DNA of 62,000 nucleotides from a virus (taxonomy: Duplodnaviria; Caudoviricetes), in the IMG/VR virus record IMGVR_UViG_3300021963_000134, positions 1 to 62,000 of that record, one strand, 5' to 3'. Below, piece after piece: positions 1-8,747 of the stretch; position 1 is the first letter of the stretch, and each line of letters starts with the position of its first letter. The position numbers and the translations under genes are program-made. The notes under the pieces were generated by a model that searched no databases, was not told the origin of the DNA, and was given only the letters and a program-made list of their open reading frames with translations.

Positions 1-306
1 AACACCGTCTCGTCTTTGAACGCTGCGGACTTCCGCACGGCCATCGGTGCTGGCACTGGTGGTGGCTCCGTTTCTTCTGTTGCTGGTACTGGCTCGGCCA
101 ACGGCCTAACGCTCTCTGGCACCGTGACATCCTCGGGCAACATCACGCTGAGTGGCTCCGTCACAAGCCTGACAACAACCAACTTCACAATCATGGAAGA
201 GAGCGGTAAGCTCGTGATCAAGTACCAAGGCACTGTGGTCGCCTCGTTCAGCAGCGCGGGTGCCATGATCTCCGCAGACAACATCACCGCCTACGGCACC
301 CCATAA
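1..306 (+). CDS. Tail fibre protein, C-terminal part (5' truncated by window)
   Basis: Frame is open from base 1 (NTVSSLNAADFRTAIGAG...). G/S/T-rich, ends ...ADNITAYGTP. May be the continuation of the fibre gene that starts at 61267. Confidence 0.65.
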   Translation, partial: NTVSSLNAADFRTAIGAGTGGGSVSSVAGTGSANGLTLSGTVTSSGNITLSGSVTSLTTTNFTIMEESGKLVIKYQGTVVASFSSAGAMISADNITAYGTP

Positions 307-315
307 GGAGCAAGC

Positions 316-1338
316 ATGACAATGCCAGCAAGCGGCCCCTTAAATATGGGGGGCACATCAAGCCCAGTCAGTGTTGCGCAAGAACTTGGCCTGAGCCTGA
401 CCGCGACCATTTCAATGAACCAAACAAACGTCCGCACTTTGGCAGGCGTGAGCACAACCAGCGGCACATCTTGGAGCATGAGTTCCTTGTACGGAAAAGC
501 CAACACATACGCCATTGAGTATCTAGTTGTCGCTGGCGGAGGTTCCGGCGGGTATGAGGGCGCTGGTGGCGGTGCGGGCGGCTATCGTACTGGATCGGCT
601 TCGATTGGCTCCGGCGGCTCATATGGGGTAACAGTTGGTGCGGGGGGAGCAGCGGTGGGTTTCTATTACGTAGCGTATGCACCATCGGGGTCAAATTCAA
701 GTTTTAATTCTTTAACTTCAACTGGCGGCGGCGGCGCGGGTAAATCAACAAGTGGAGGCGGCGACAATTGGATCTATGGTGTTGGCCAAAACGGTGGTTC
801 TGGCGGCGGGGGCGGCGCAACTAGCAACCAATACCGCGATTATTCGGGAGGGTCTGGTACGTCAGGGCAAGGAAATAATGGCGGCGCAGGTTTTTATAGT
901 ACGAATAACGGCAGACTTGGTTCGGGCGGCGGTGGCGGTGCGGGTGCAGTGGGACAGAGCACTAACTACGGTTACCCTCCGTCGGCCTGTAACGGCGGAA
1001 ACGGCTCTACTTGGTCAAACGGCACCACCTATGCCGGGGGCGGTGGAGGGTATTCGCGGGATTTTAACGGGAGTTATCCGGGCAACGGAGGTACTGGTGG
1101 TGGTGGCCGTGCGGGATTAATTTATGCAATAGACGGAAGAGACCCGCAGTCTGGAACAGCCAACACAGGGGGCGGTGGCGGGGGTGGGTCGTTCGAAAGT
1201 GGGGTTCCCGGTTCTGGTGGCTCCGGGGTCGTCATTATTCGTTACGCTGGCGCACAGCGCGGCTCAGGCGGAACAGTCACATCGGCTGGCGGGTATACAT
1301 ATCACACATTTACTTCTTCGGGGACGTATACATCATGA
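316..1338 (+). CDS. Glycine-rich tail-associated protein
   Basis: RBS AAGGAG; YLVVAGGGSGG...GGGAGG repeats and GGSGVVIIRY end typical of phage Gly-rich domain proteins; next to the fibre gene. Confidence 0.7.
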   Translation: MTMPASGPLNMGGTSSPVSVAQELGLSLTATISMNQTNVRTLAGVSTTSGTSWSMSSLYGKANTYAIEYLVVAGGGSGGYEGAGGGAGGYRTGSASIGSGGSYGVTVGAGGAAVGFYYVAYAPSGSNSSFNSLTSTGGGGAGKSTSGGGDNWIYGVGQNGGSGGGGGATSNQYRDYSGGSGTSGQGNNGGAGFYSTNNGRLGSGGGGGAGAVGQSTNYGYPPSACNGGNGSTWSNGTTYAGGGGGYSRDFNGSYPGNGGTGGGGRAGLIYAIDGRDPQSGTANTGGGGGGGSFESGVPGSGGSGVVIIRYAGAQRGSGGTVTSAGGYTYHTFTSSGTYTS

Positions 1339-1721
1339 GCCACTTTGCACAAATCGACGAAAACAACGTCGTCCAGCAAGTGCTGGTTATTGACCAAGCT
1401 GAAATTGACACGGGCAACTGGGGCGATCCTGCACGCTGGATTCAGACCAGCTACAACACTCACGGCGGGGTCTACTACATACCCAACACAGGCACGCCCG
1501 ACCCAGATCAATCGAAGGCATTCCGTAAAAACTATGCGGGGGTGGGGTTCCTTTGGGATGGAATTGGTTTCTTTACCCCGCAACCGTTTCCGTCATGGTC
1601 ATTGAACAGTTTTTCATATCTCTGGGAGGCCCCTGTGCCGATTCCCGATCCAAACAACCCACAGTGGTATTCTTGGAATGAGGACACGCAGTCTTGGGAT
1701 TACATTGGCCCACCTGTATAA
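1335..1721 (+). CDS. Conserved phage protein, tail-fibre associated
   Basis: ATGA overlap with the upstream gene; MSHFAQID..V..V and RKNYAG.G..WD motifs usually follow Gly-rich tail genes. Confidence 0.6.
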   Translation: MSHFAQIDENNVVQQVLVIDQAEIDTGNWGDPARWIQTSYNTHGGVYYIPNTGTPDPDQSKAFRKNYAGVGFLWDGIGFFTPQPFPSWSLNSFSYLWEAPVPIPDPNNPQWYSWNEDTQSWDYIGPPV

Positions 1722-1786
1722 AAACTAAAACGCCTTTCATCACTCCAGCTCTTCGCACAACAAACTCTACCCCGTAAGGAGCAAAC

Positions 1787-2389
1787 ATGAGACTGATCGC
1801 AACCCTCTTCTGCGCACTGGCCCTGACCGGCTGCGCCCACGAATACGCAGCCTACGCCGAAGCCCACAAGGCCCAAGCAGCGGCTCAGACAGCCCGTTAC
1901 CAAGCTCTGGCCGACATCGCCAAGCAAGGTGACACCACGGCCAAAGTCGCTGCGGTCATGTCCCTGCAAATGGGTGGTGGTCAGCAGAATACGCAGATCA
2001 ATGCTCCCAAGAACTGGGCCGACTACGCCTTGCAGTGGACTGGCCTGTTGCTCCCCACCGTCGGGCAAATCTACACAGTCAACAAGCAGACCAGCCTCGG
2101 CATGCGCCAGTCTGACAACGCCACCGCTGTGGCCGTCAGCACCAACAACGCCTTCCTTGGCATGGCCTCGCAGATTCAAGCACCTGCAGCCAACGTGACA
2201 ACCATCGGCGGAAATGGTGTAATCGGCGCAGGTTCATACTCGATTGGAGCGAACAGTGGAAGCAACTCTGGTAACTCTGGTCGCATTGCTGGTGGCAGCA
2301 TCACTGACAATACTTCTGTTCCAACCGTAGTCCCAACGACTACGACCACCACGACCAGCAACCTGACCTGCACAACAGGACCCTGCTGA
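1787..2389 (+). CDS. Putative lipoprotein
   Basis: RBS AAGGAG; signal peptide with lipobox LTG-C; T/N/S-rich C-terminus. Confidence 0.6.
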   Translation: MRLIATLFCALALTGCAHEYAAYAEAHKAQAAAQTARYQALADIAKQGDTTAKVAAVMSLQMGGGQQNTQINAPKNWADYALQWTGLLLPTVGQIYTVNKQTSLGMRQSDNATAVAVSTNNAFLGMASQIQAPAANVTTIGGNGVIGAGSYSIGANSGSNSGNSGRIAGGSITDNTSVPTVVPTTTTTTTSNLTCTTGPC

Positions 2390-2487
2390 TGAAAGACTGG
2401 GCTGTTGCATTTATTGCTGCAGCCCTTCTCGTTGGGTTGGTAATCTGGTGTGCATACATCGTTATCCCGTTGTTTAGGAGCATGTAG
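2389..2487 (+). CDS. Small single-pass membrane peptide (32 aa; not in the ORF track)
   Basis: MKDWAVAFIAAALLVGLVIWCAYIVIPLFRSM; start overlaps the upstream stop (TGATG) and stop overlaps the next start. Confidence 0.5.
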   Translation: MKDWAVAFIAAALLVGLVIWCAYIVIPLFRSM

Positions 2488-2936
2488 TGCTTGCCGAGAT
2501 TGCTGCCGCCAATGCGGCCTTTGCTGTAATAAAAGGTGCGCTGGCGAATGGCAAGGAGCTGCATCAGCTCGGTTCGCGGGTCTTTGATTACTTCGACAAC
2601 AAGGCCAAGATTCAGGAGCAGGCCACCAAGAAGGGTGGAGGCTCCGACCTTGAAGAGTTCATGGCGCTTGAGCAGCTCAAGCAGCAAGAAGAGGAACTCC
2701 GAGAGCGCATGGTCTATGCTGGCCGTCCGGGGATGTGGAATGACTGGGTGAAGTTCCAAGCTGCCGCAGCCAGAAAGCGCAGGGAGGCTCAAGAAGCTGC
2801 CAAGCGCGAGGCGGCGCAGAAGAAGAGGCGCAGGGAACAGTTGGCCGAGTACATTGCCGTCGGGATTGCAACCGTCATCCTTGCCGCCTTGTTGACCTAC
2901 GGGGCTTACATCTACATCATGTATATACGGAAATGA
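2487..2936 (+). CDS. Coiled-coil protein with C-terminal transmembrane helix (lysis region)
   Basis: Charged helical body followed by hydrophobic IAVGIATVILAALLTYGAYIYI. Confidence 0.55.
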   Translation: MLAEIAAANAAFAVIKGALANGKELHQLGSRVFDYFDNKAKIQEQATKKGGGSDLEEFMALEQLKQQEEELRERMVYAGRPGMWNDWVKFQAAAARKRREAQEAAKREAAQKKRRREQLAEYIAVGIATVILAALLTYGAYIYIMYIRK

Positions 2937-3550
2937 GCGACGAGAAGCTGAACGCCAACACCACACTCGACAAAGTGCTCGGGTATGTGGACTCGCCGTT
3001 CAAGCTTTTCTCCCTGCTGTTGATGGCCGTCGTTGCCTTCGTGGGTTACTTCCTTTGGCAGAATCAGGAATTTATGAGGGACGCCTACAAGGAGTCCAAG
3101 AAGCTGCCCGAGATCAACACCACACGGGCTGATGAGGCGAGCGCTATGTTGTTTAAACAAACTGGCGCTGCTGTTGTTGCCATTTTCAAGGTCAATCCTC
3201 TGTTCAATTCCCGGGTGGTCTACAAGGCATACACCAAGGATGGCCGGGACAAGAGCATCGACGACATCGATGTGGGCCTGTTTACACACAGCACACCCAA
3301 CAATGACGATGTGGTTAAGCTGATGACCAACCAAATTCCTTGTGGCGCGTACCGATATGCGCAGTCCGAGGTGGGCCTCTGGTACATCGAGAAGGGTGTG
3401 GGATACACCTGCCGGGTGAGCGTTCCGCCAGACAGCCCTCGTTTTGTAGGACAGGTCACTGTTGGCTGGCCTCAAGAGCCAGAAAACTTGGAGCAGATCA
3501 AATTTATGCTGGAGATCGCCAGCGCAATGCTAACCAAAAGGGGTAACTGA
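2933..3550 (+). CDS. Membrane protein with one N-terminal TM and a soluble domain; resembles T4-type holin T (GAF-like)
   Basis: TM FSLLLMAVVAFVGYFLW; motifs GAAVVAIFKVNP and FVGQVTVGW recall holin T; lies in the lysis cassette. Confidence 0.4.
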   Translation: MSDEKLNANTTLDKVLGYVDSPFKLFSLLLMAVVAFVGYFLWQNQEFMRDAYKESKKLPEINTTRADEASAMLFKQTGAAVVAIFKVNPLFNSRVVYKAYTKDGRDKSIDDIDVGLFTHSTPNNDDVVKLMTNQIPCGAYRYAQSEVGLWYIEKGVGYTCRVSVPPDSPRFVGQVTVGWPQEPENLEQIKFMLEIASAMLTKRGN

Positions 3551-3551
3551 C

Positions 3552-4049
3552 ATGGAATGGCTTAAACAAATCGCACCGACCATTGCCACGGCGATGGGTG
3601 GACCGTTGGCTGGCATGGCTGTGTCGGCCATCTCCAAGGCCATTGGCGTGGACCCCGACAAGGTGGGTGACATGATCTCTAACAACAAGCTGACCGCTGA
3701 GCAAATCGCGCAAGTCAAGATTGCCGAGATTGAGTTGCAAAAGCAAGCGCAGGAGCTTGGCCTAAACTTTGAGAAACTTGAGGTGGAAGACCGCAAGTCA
3801 GCTCGAGAGATGCAAGCCACCACTCGCAGCCTGATGCCTCCATTGCTGGCTGGCGCTGTCACTGTCGGATTCTTTGGCATCTTAATCATGATGTTCATTG
3901 GCCAAGTGGACAGTAACAACCCGGCCATCCTGATGATGCTGGGCTCGCTTGGCACGGCGTGGACGGGCATCATTGCGTATTATTTCGGCAGCTCTGCGGG
4001 ATCGCAGGCTAAAACTGATTTACTTTCAAAGGCAGGACCAGTCAAATGA
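3552..4049 (+). CDS. Holin (3TM / gene-transfer-release type)
   Basis: APTIATAMGGPLAG start, DRKSAREM, two C-terminal TMs, YYFGSS motif; directly before the endolysin. Confidence 0.7.
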   Translation: MEWLKQIAPTIATAMGGPLAGMAVSAISKAIGVDPDKVGDMISNNKLTAEQIAQVKIAEIELQKQAQELGLNFEKLEVEDRKSAREMQATTRSLMPPLLAGAVTVGFFGILIMMFIGQVDSNNPAILMMLGSLGTAWTGIIAYYFGSSAGSQAKTDLLSKAGPVK

Positions 4050-4636
4050 CAGAAGACCAACTCAAAGAGATGCACATCGACCCGGCTTGGCTTGAGCCAC
4101 TGACGGCAGCATTCAATCGTTTTGACATCAGCACCCCTGAGCGCCAAGCCGCATTCATCGGCCAGTGCGCCCATGAGTCCGGCAACTTCAAGACCCTGCA
4201 GGAGAACCTCAACTACAGCGCCAAGGGTTTAAACGCCACTTGGCCAAGCCGTTTCCCATCCGAGGAGGCGGCGCAGCCGTTCCACCGCAACCCTGAGAAG
4301 ATCGCCAACAAGGTGTACTCCGGGCGCATGGGCAACACCGAAGAGGGTGACGGCTGGAAGTACAGGGGCAGGGGTCTGATCCAGTTGACCGGCAAGGACA
4401 ACTACCGTCTTGCTTCTGACGCCTTAGGGGTGGACTTTGTGGCCAATCCCGACTTGGTTCTGACGCGGGAGTACGCAGCCCTTACGGCTGCTTGGTACTG
4501 GAACAAGCGCGGTTTAAACAAGGAGGCGGATGCCAAAGACTTCACCGGGATGACAAAGAAGATCAACGGTGGGACAATTGGGCTCGCAGACAGGGTTGCG
4601 CATATCAACACCGCCCTCAACGTCTTAACCGCTTGA
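4046..4636 (+). CDS. Endolysin, glycoside hydrolase family 19 (chitinase-like)
   Basis: AAFIGQCAHES, ENLNYS, GDGWKYRGRGLIQLTG, TKKINGG motifs. Confidence 0.9.
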   Translation: MTEDQLKEMHIDPAWLEPLTAAFNRFDISTPERQAAFIGQCAHESGNFKTLQENLNYSAKGLNATWPSRFPSEEAAQPFHRNPEKIANKVYSGRMGNTEEGDGWKYRGRGLIQLTGKDNYRLASDALGVDFVANPDLVLTREYAALTAAWYWNKRGLNKEADAKDFTGMTKKINGGTIGLADRVAHINTALNVLTA

Positions 4637-4644
4637 GGTAACTT

Positions 4645-6552
4645 ATGCCGCTCAAGAAATTGCTATTTCGCCCGGGGGTCAGCCGTGAAAACACGCCTTA
4701 CCTGTCGGAAAACGTCGGACCCACTGGGGTAAACGGCTCGTATTCTGCTGGCTGGTACGACTGCGACAAGGTGCGATTTCGCTCTGGCTCCCCTGAAAAG
4801 ATTGGTGGCTGGGAGCGCATCTCGGCCAACTTCTTCCTTGGCGCTTGCCGATCCCTGTGGAACTGGGTAACTCTGGGTGGTGCCAACCTGCTGGGCGTAG
4901 GCACAAACCTCAAGTTCTACGTCGAGAACGGCGGCTCCTACTTTGACATTACGCCCATCCGCTCGTCGCCAACTCTCAACAACCCCTTCACTGCCACACT
5001 GGGCTCCAGTGTCATCACCGTTGCAGATACAGCCCATGGCTGCTTGACCGGGGACTTTGTGACCTTCAGCGGCGCAGCCGGTCTTGGCGGCAACATCACG
5101 GCAGGCGTGCTCAACGCCGAGTACCAAGTTACCGTGATCGACGTAGACAGCTACACCATCACCGTGTCGGCCACGGCCAATGCAACTGATGTGTCGGGCT
5201 CTCCCGGCGGTGGAGCCTCTGTGGTGGCTGCATATCAGATCAATACTGGGTATGAGTACGCCGTGCCTTTGGTTGGCTGGGGCGCTGGTGGTTGGGGCTC
5301 TGGCGGCTGGGGCACAGGCACTTCCTCGCTGGAAACTCTGCGCTTGTGGAGCCAGTTCAACTTCGGTGAAGACTTGATCTTCGGCCCAAGGGGCGGAGCC
5401 ATTTATTACTGGGACTCATCGTCTGGCACCGGAACTCGGGCTGTCGATCTGACTTCCGTTAGCGGGGCTGCGGACGTACCGACCGTGCAGAATTTCTTGT
5501 TGGTCTCAGATGTGAGCCGGTTTGTGCTGGCCTTTGGCTGCAATGATTATGGTTCCGCGACTCAAAACCCCATGCTGATTCGCTGGTCGGATCAGGAGAG
5601 CGCCGCTGACTGGACGCCCGCACCAACAAATCAAGCTGGCAGTCTGCAGTTGTCTCGCGGCTCAGAGATCATCACAGCCATCCAGTCGCGCCAAGAGATC
5701 GTGGTGTTTACCGACAACGCCGTGTATGCGCTTCAGTACCTTGGCCCACCGGCTGTTTGGGGTGCAACCCTGTTGGGAGACAACACTTCCATCGTCAGTC
5801 AAAACGCTGCCACGATTGCCTCTGGCGTCACGTTCTGGATGGGCGTGGACAAGTTCTACAAGTATGACGGTCGAGTACAAACCCTGCGCTGCGATCTGCG
5901 CCAGCACATCTTCTCCAACATCAACAAGGATCAGTACCAGCAGGTGTTTGCTGGAACCAACGAGGGCTTTAACGAGGTCTGGTGGTTCTACTGCTCCGCA
6001 GGTTCACTTGTGGTGGATCAGTACGCCGTCTACAACTACCTCGAAGACATCTGGTACTACGGCACCATGGGCCGCACAGCTTGGCTGGACTCTGGCCTGC
6101 GGGACTACCCAATTGCCGCAACCTACTCCCACAACATCGTGAACCACGAGTCTGGCGTAGACGACAACACGACAGCAGTGCCAACACCGATTGAGGCGAC
6201 CATCACCTCGGCGCAGTTTGACTTGGACGATGGCCACAAGTTCATGTTCCTGTGGCGCGTGCTGCCGGACATTACATTCCGTGGCTCAGAGGCTGAGTCC
6301 CCAACGGCTCGCATGTACATGCAGCCCCTGAAGAACTCGGGCTCCGGCTACACCGACCCGCCATCTGTCGGTGGTGAGAATAACCGACCAATCACGCGCA
6401 CCGCAGTCTTGCCGATTGAAGCTTTCACCGGGCAGATTTACACACGGGTCCGCGCTCGTCAAATGTCCGTGAAGGTGGAAAGCACCGGCCTTGGTGTGAC
6501 TTGGCAGCTTGGCGCTCCTCGCCTTGACCTGCGTGCTGATGGATCGAGGTAA
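4645..6552 (+). CDS. Tail nozzle / packaged-DNA stabilisation protein (P22 gp10 or tail tubular B-like)
   Basis: 635 aa, beta-rich, IRWSDQE motif; precedes the internal virion genes. Confidence 0.6.
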   Translation: MPLKKLLFRPGVSRENTPYLSENVGPTGVNGSYSAGWYDCDKVRFRSGSPEKIGGWERISANFFLGACRSLWNWVTLGGANLLGVGTNLKFYVENGGSYFDITPIRSSPTLNNPFTATLGSSVITVADTAHGCLTGDFVTFSGAAGLGGNITAGVLNAEYQVTVIDVDSYTITVSATANATDVSGSPGGGASVVAAYQINTGYEYAVPLVGWGAGGWGSGGWGTGTSSLETLRLWSQFNFGEDLIFGPRGGAIYYWDSSSGTGTRAVDLTSVSGAADVPTVQNFLLVSDVSRFVLAFGCNDYGSATQNPMLIRWSDQESAADWTPAPTNQAGSLQLSRGSEIITAIQSRQEIVVFTDNAVYALQYLGPPAVWGATLLGDNTSIVSQNAATIASGVTFWMGVDKFYKYDGRVQTLRCDLRQHIFSNINKDQYQQVFAGTNEGFNEVWWFYCSAGSLVVDQYAVYNYLEDIWYYGTMGRTAWLDSGLRDYPIAATYSHNIVNHESGVDDNTTAVPTPIEATITSAQFDLDDGHKFMFLWRVLPDITFRGSEAESPTARMYMQPLKNSGSGYTDPPSVGGENNRPITRTAVLPIEAFTGQIYTRVRARQMSVKVESTGLGVTWQLGAPRLDLRADGSR

Positions 6553-6554
6553 TC

Positions 6555-7199
6555 ATGGCAGAGCCACAAAAAATACCGCCGCCAGCCCTGCCATTTGCGC
6601 CGTTGACGTATAGAACTGCGTACATGGACCAGCTCCTCAATGTGCTGCGCCTGTATTTCAATCGGCTCTCAAGCACGATCAACGATCTCTTGGGGGTAAA
6701 TGGCGGGGTGGCCATTCAGAATCCGCATGCCATGCTGATGAGCAATCAGGATCAGGCAAATGCAGGGGTCACAGTTGCCAACCAGTTGACCTTCAACCAG
6801 CCAGTCATCACGCAGGGCATTGAGGTGCGCAACACAGATGAGATTTGGTTTGAGCAAGCGGGGCAGTACCTTGTCACATTCACTCTTCAGGTGTCCAACC
6901 GGGGGAACGCCGCGCAGGTGTTTGAGGTTTGGGCTGGGTATGACGGCACCAACTACCCGTTGTCAAACACACGGTTTGACATTCCGGCACGCAAGAGTGT
7001 GTCTGAATGGGCGCACATTGTCCCAGCCATCACAGGCATCTTCACAGTCACCAACCCCGACACCGAGTATCTAACCATCAAGTGGTGGGCAGACAGCACG
7101 GACGTGTTCTTGGAACACTACGCCGCAGGCACTAGCCCAACTCGCCCAGAGATTCCGTCAGTTATTTTGACGGTCAATTTTGTGTCGCGGCTCTCGTAA
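6555..7199 (+). CDS. Virion structural protein (tail)
   Basis: LRLYFNRL N-terminal helix plus beta-sandwich-like C-terminus; position in tail module. Confidence 0.5.
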   Translation: MAEPQKIPPPALPFAPLTYRTAYMDQLLNVLRLYFNRLSSTINDLLGVNGGVAIQNPHAMLMSNQDQANAGVTVANQLTFNQPVITQGIEVRNTDEIWFEQAGQYLVTFTLQVSNRGNAAQVFEVWAGYDGTNYPLSNTRFDIPARKSVSEWAHIVPAITGIFTVTNPDTEYLTIKWWADSTDVFLEHYAAGTSPTRPEIPSVILTVNFVSRLS

Positions 7200-7216
7200 G
7201 CCCAAAGGAGAAGAAT

Positions 7217-8746
7217 ATGGCAAACCCATGGGATGATGCGTACAGCCAGTATGACAAGCGCCTGCGTGAAGGCGAGATGGATGCTGATTTCATACGCGAG
7301 ATATACGGCCCACTTGGCCGCGAGTCTGAAAAAGGCAACTCGTTCGCAGACCGGGTGATTGCCATTCATCAGGAGCTGGAAGATCAAGGGAAGAAGTTCA
7401 AGGTGCCAGTGTCTGGCGGCGACATTGGGGCGGCCGATGCTCTTTGGGACACAGCCTTCCGATTGGCTCAGACCGGAACTGATTCAATTTACGACCTTGG
7501 CCAGCGGACAGTAGAAAAGGTTGGTTTTGATGGCGGTGAGACTGGGACCGAGGAGTACAGGCACCGAGAAAATGAGCTGTACCACAAGCCAACGGGGGCA
7601 GTGGTCAAATTGCCCGCCATGTGGGGTTTCGATAACGAGTACCAGTTGCAGTTCACCGACGACGGCACGCCAGTGGCCTACTCCACGCCAAAGCAAAGTG
7701 ACTGGATGGAGTTTCGAGAAGACTTCCTTCGCCCTGCGGTCAACATGGTTGCCCCATTCATTCCCGGTGTTGGCCCATGGGTTGCCGGAGCCAATGCGGC
7801 TTACGCCGCCTCCAAGGGTGATTGGGAAAAGGCTTTGATGTCAGGACTTGCCGCAGCCGTGCCGCTGGCCGGTCAGTTTGGTGCAAGCGCCGATACCGTG
7901 AGCATGCTCAACAACGCCAAGCAAGCGGCCAATGTGCTGAAGGTTCTGGAGAGTAAAGACCTGTTGGGCGCGGTTATGACCGGCACTGGGCTTGCTGGAG
8001 TCACCGAAATCGGTGGCTTTGACATCAAGGACATCAACAAGGCCCTTGGTTTCGTTAAGGCGCTGGGAAGCGAAGACCCAGCCGCCATCATCCGTGCAGG
8101 TATGGGGTATCTGCCAAAAGACGGTATGGGTGGGCCTGATTCAAACGACTTCACTCCGGGATACTTTGCCCCGGGCGGAGAGGGTTATATTGCGTCACCC
8201 ACCTACGAGGCAGACACTCGTGGGTATTTTGATGAGGTGACGGGTAACTTCATTCCTGATGAAAATGGATACTTGACGTTTGGCCAACTGACCAACGAGA
8301 CCTCTGGAACAAACATTGATTCCATGAAGGACTACCAGTACAACCCGAAAACCGGGAACTGGACACTGCCGGATGGCACGGAAATTGACACGAGCTACAT
8401 GCAGAACAGCCAAACGTCCTTGACGGGTCAGCAGATCATGGATAACGCTGGTGCTGGCGCTTCCAATAGACCGGGTAGGCCAACGGCCCCCGGGAAGCCC
8501 GTAACCCCACCTAAACCCGGGACGCCCCCAAAAGCAGAAACTCCGGGATCGGGTGTGGATATAAACGCACTGATGTCGCTTCTCGGCGGCGGTCAGCAGC
8601 AAGCCCCAACAGTTGTCACATCTGGTCAGGATAACTCTGCAGACGTACAATTGATGGAAGATATTTTTGGAACCACCTTGTCTGCGCCTCCGGCAGGTGA
8701 CCCCGACACACGGACCCGCGAACTTGCGCGTCTTATGAGGAGCTGA
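7217..8746 (+). CDS. Putative internal/ejected virion protein
   Basis: RBS AAGGAG; amphipathic A/G-rich segments and Pro-rich linker; lies in the ejection-protein block. Confidence 0.5.
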   Translation: MANPWDDAYSQYDKRLREGEMDADFIREIYGPLGRESEKGNSFADRVIAIHQELEDQGKKFKVPVSGGDIGAADALWDTAFRLAQTGTDSIYDLGQRTVEKVGFDGGETGTEEYRHRENELYHKPTGAVVKLPAMWGFDNEYQLQFTDDGTPVAYSTPKQSDWMEFREDFLRPAVNMVAPFIPGVGPWVAGANAAYAASKGDWEKALMSGLAAAVPLAGQFGASADTVSMLNNAKQAANVLKVLESKDLLGAVMTGTGLAGVTEIGGFDIKDINKALGFVKALGSEDPAAIIRAGMGYLPKDGMGGPDSNDFTPGYFAPGGEGYIASPTYEADTRGYFDEVTGNFIPDENGYLTFGQLTNETSGTNIDSMKDYQYNPKTGNWTLPDGTEIDTSYMQNSQTSLTGQQIMDNAGAGASNRPGRPTAPGKPVTPPKPGTPPKAETPGSGVDINALMSLLGGGQQQAPTVVTSGQDNSADVQLMEDIFGTTLSAPPAGDPDTRTRELARLMRS

Positions 8747-8747
8747 G

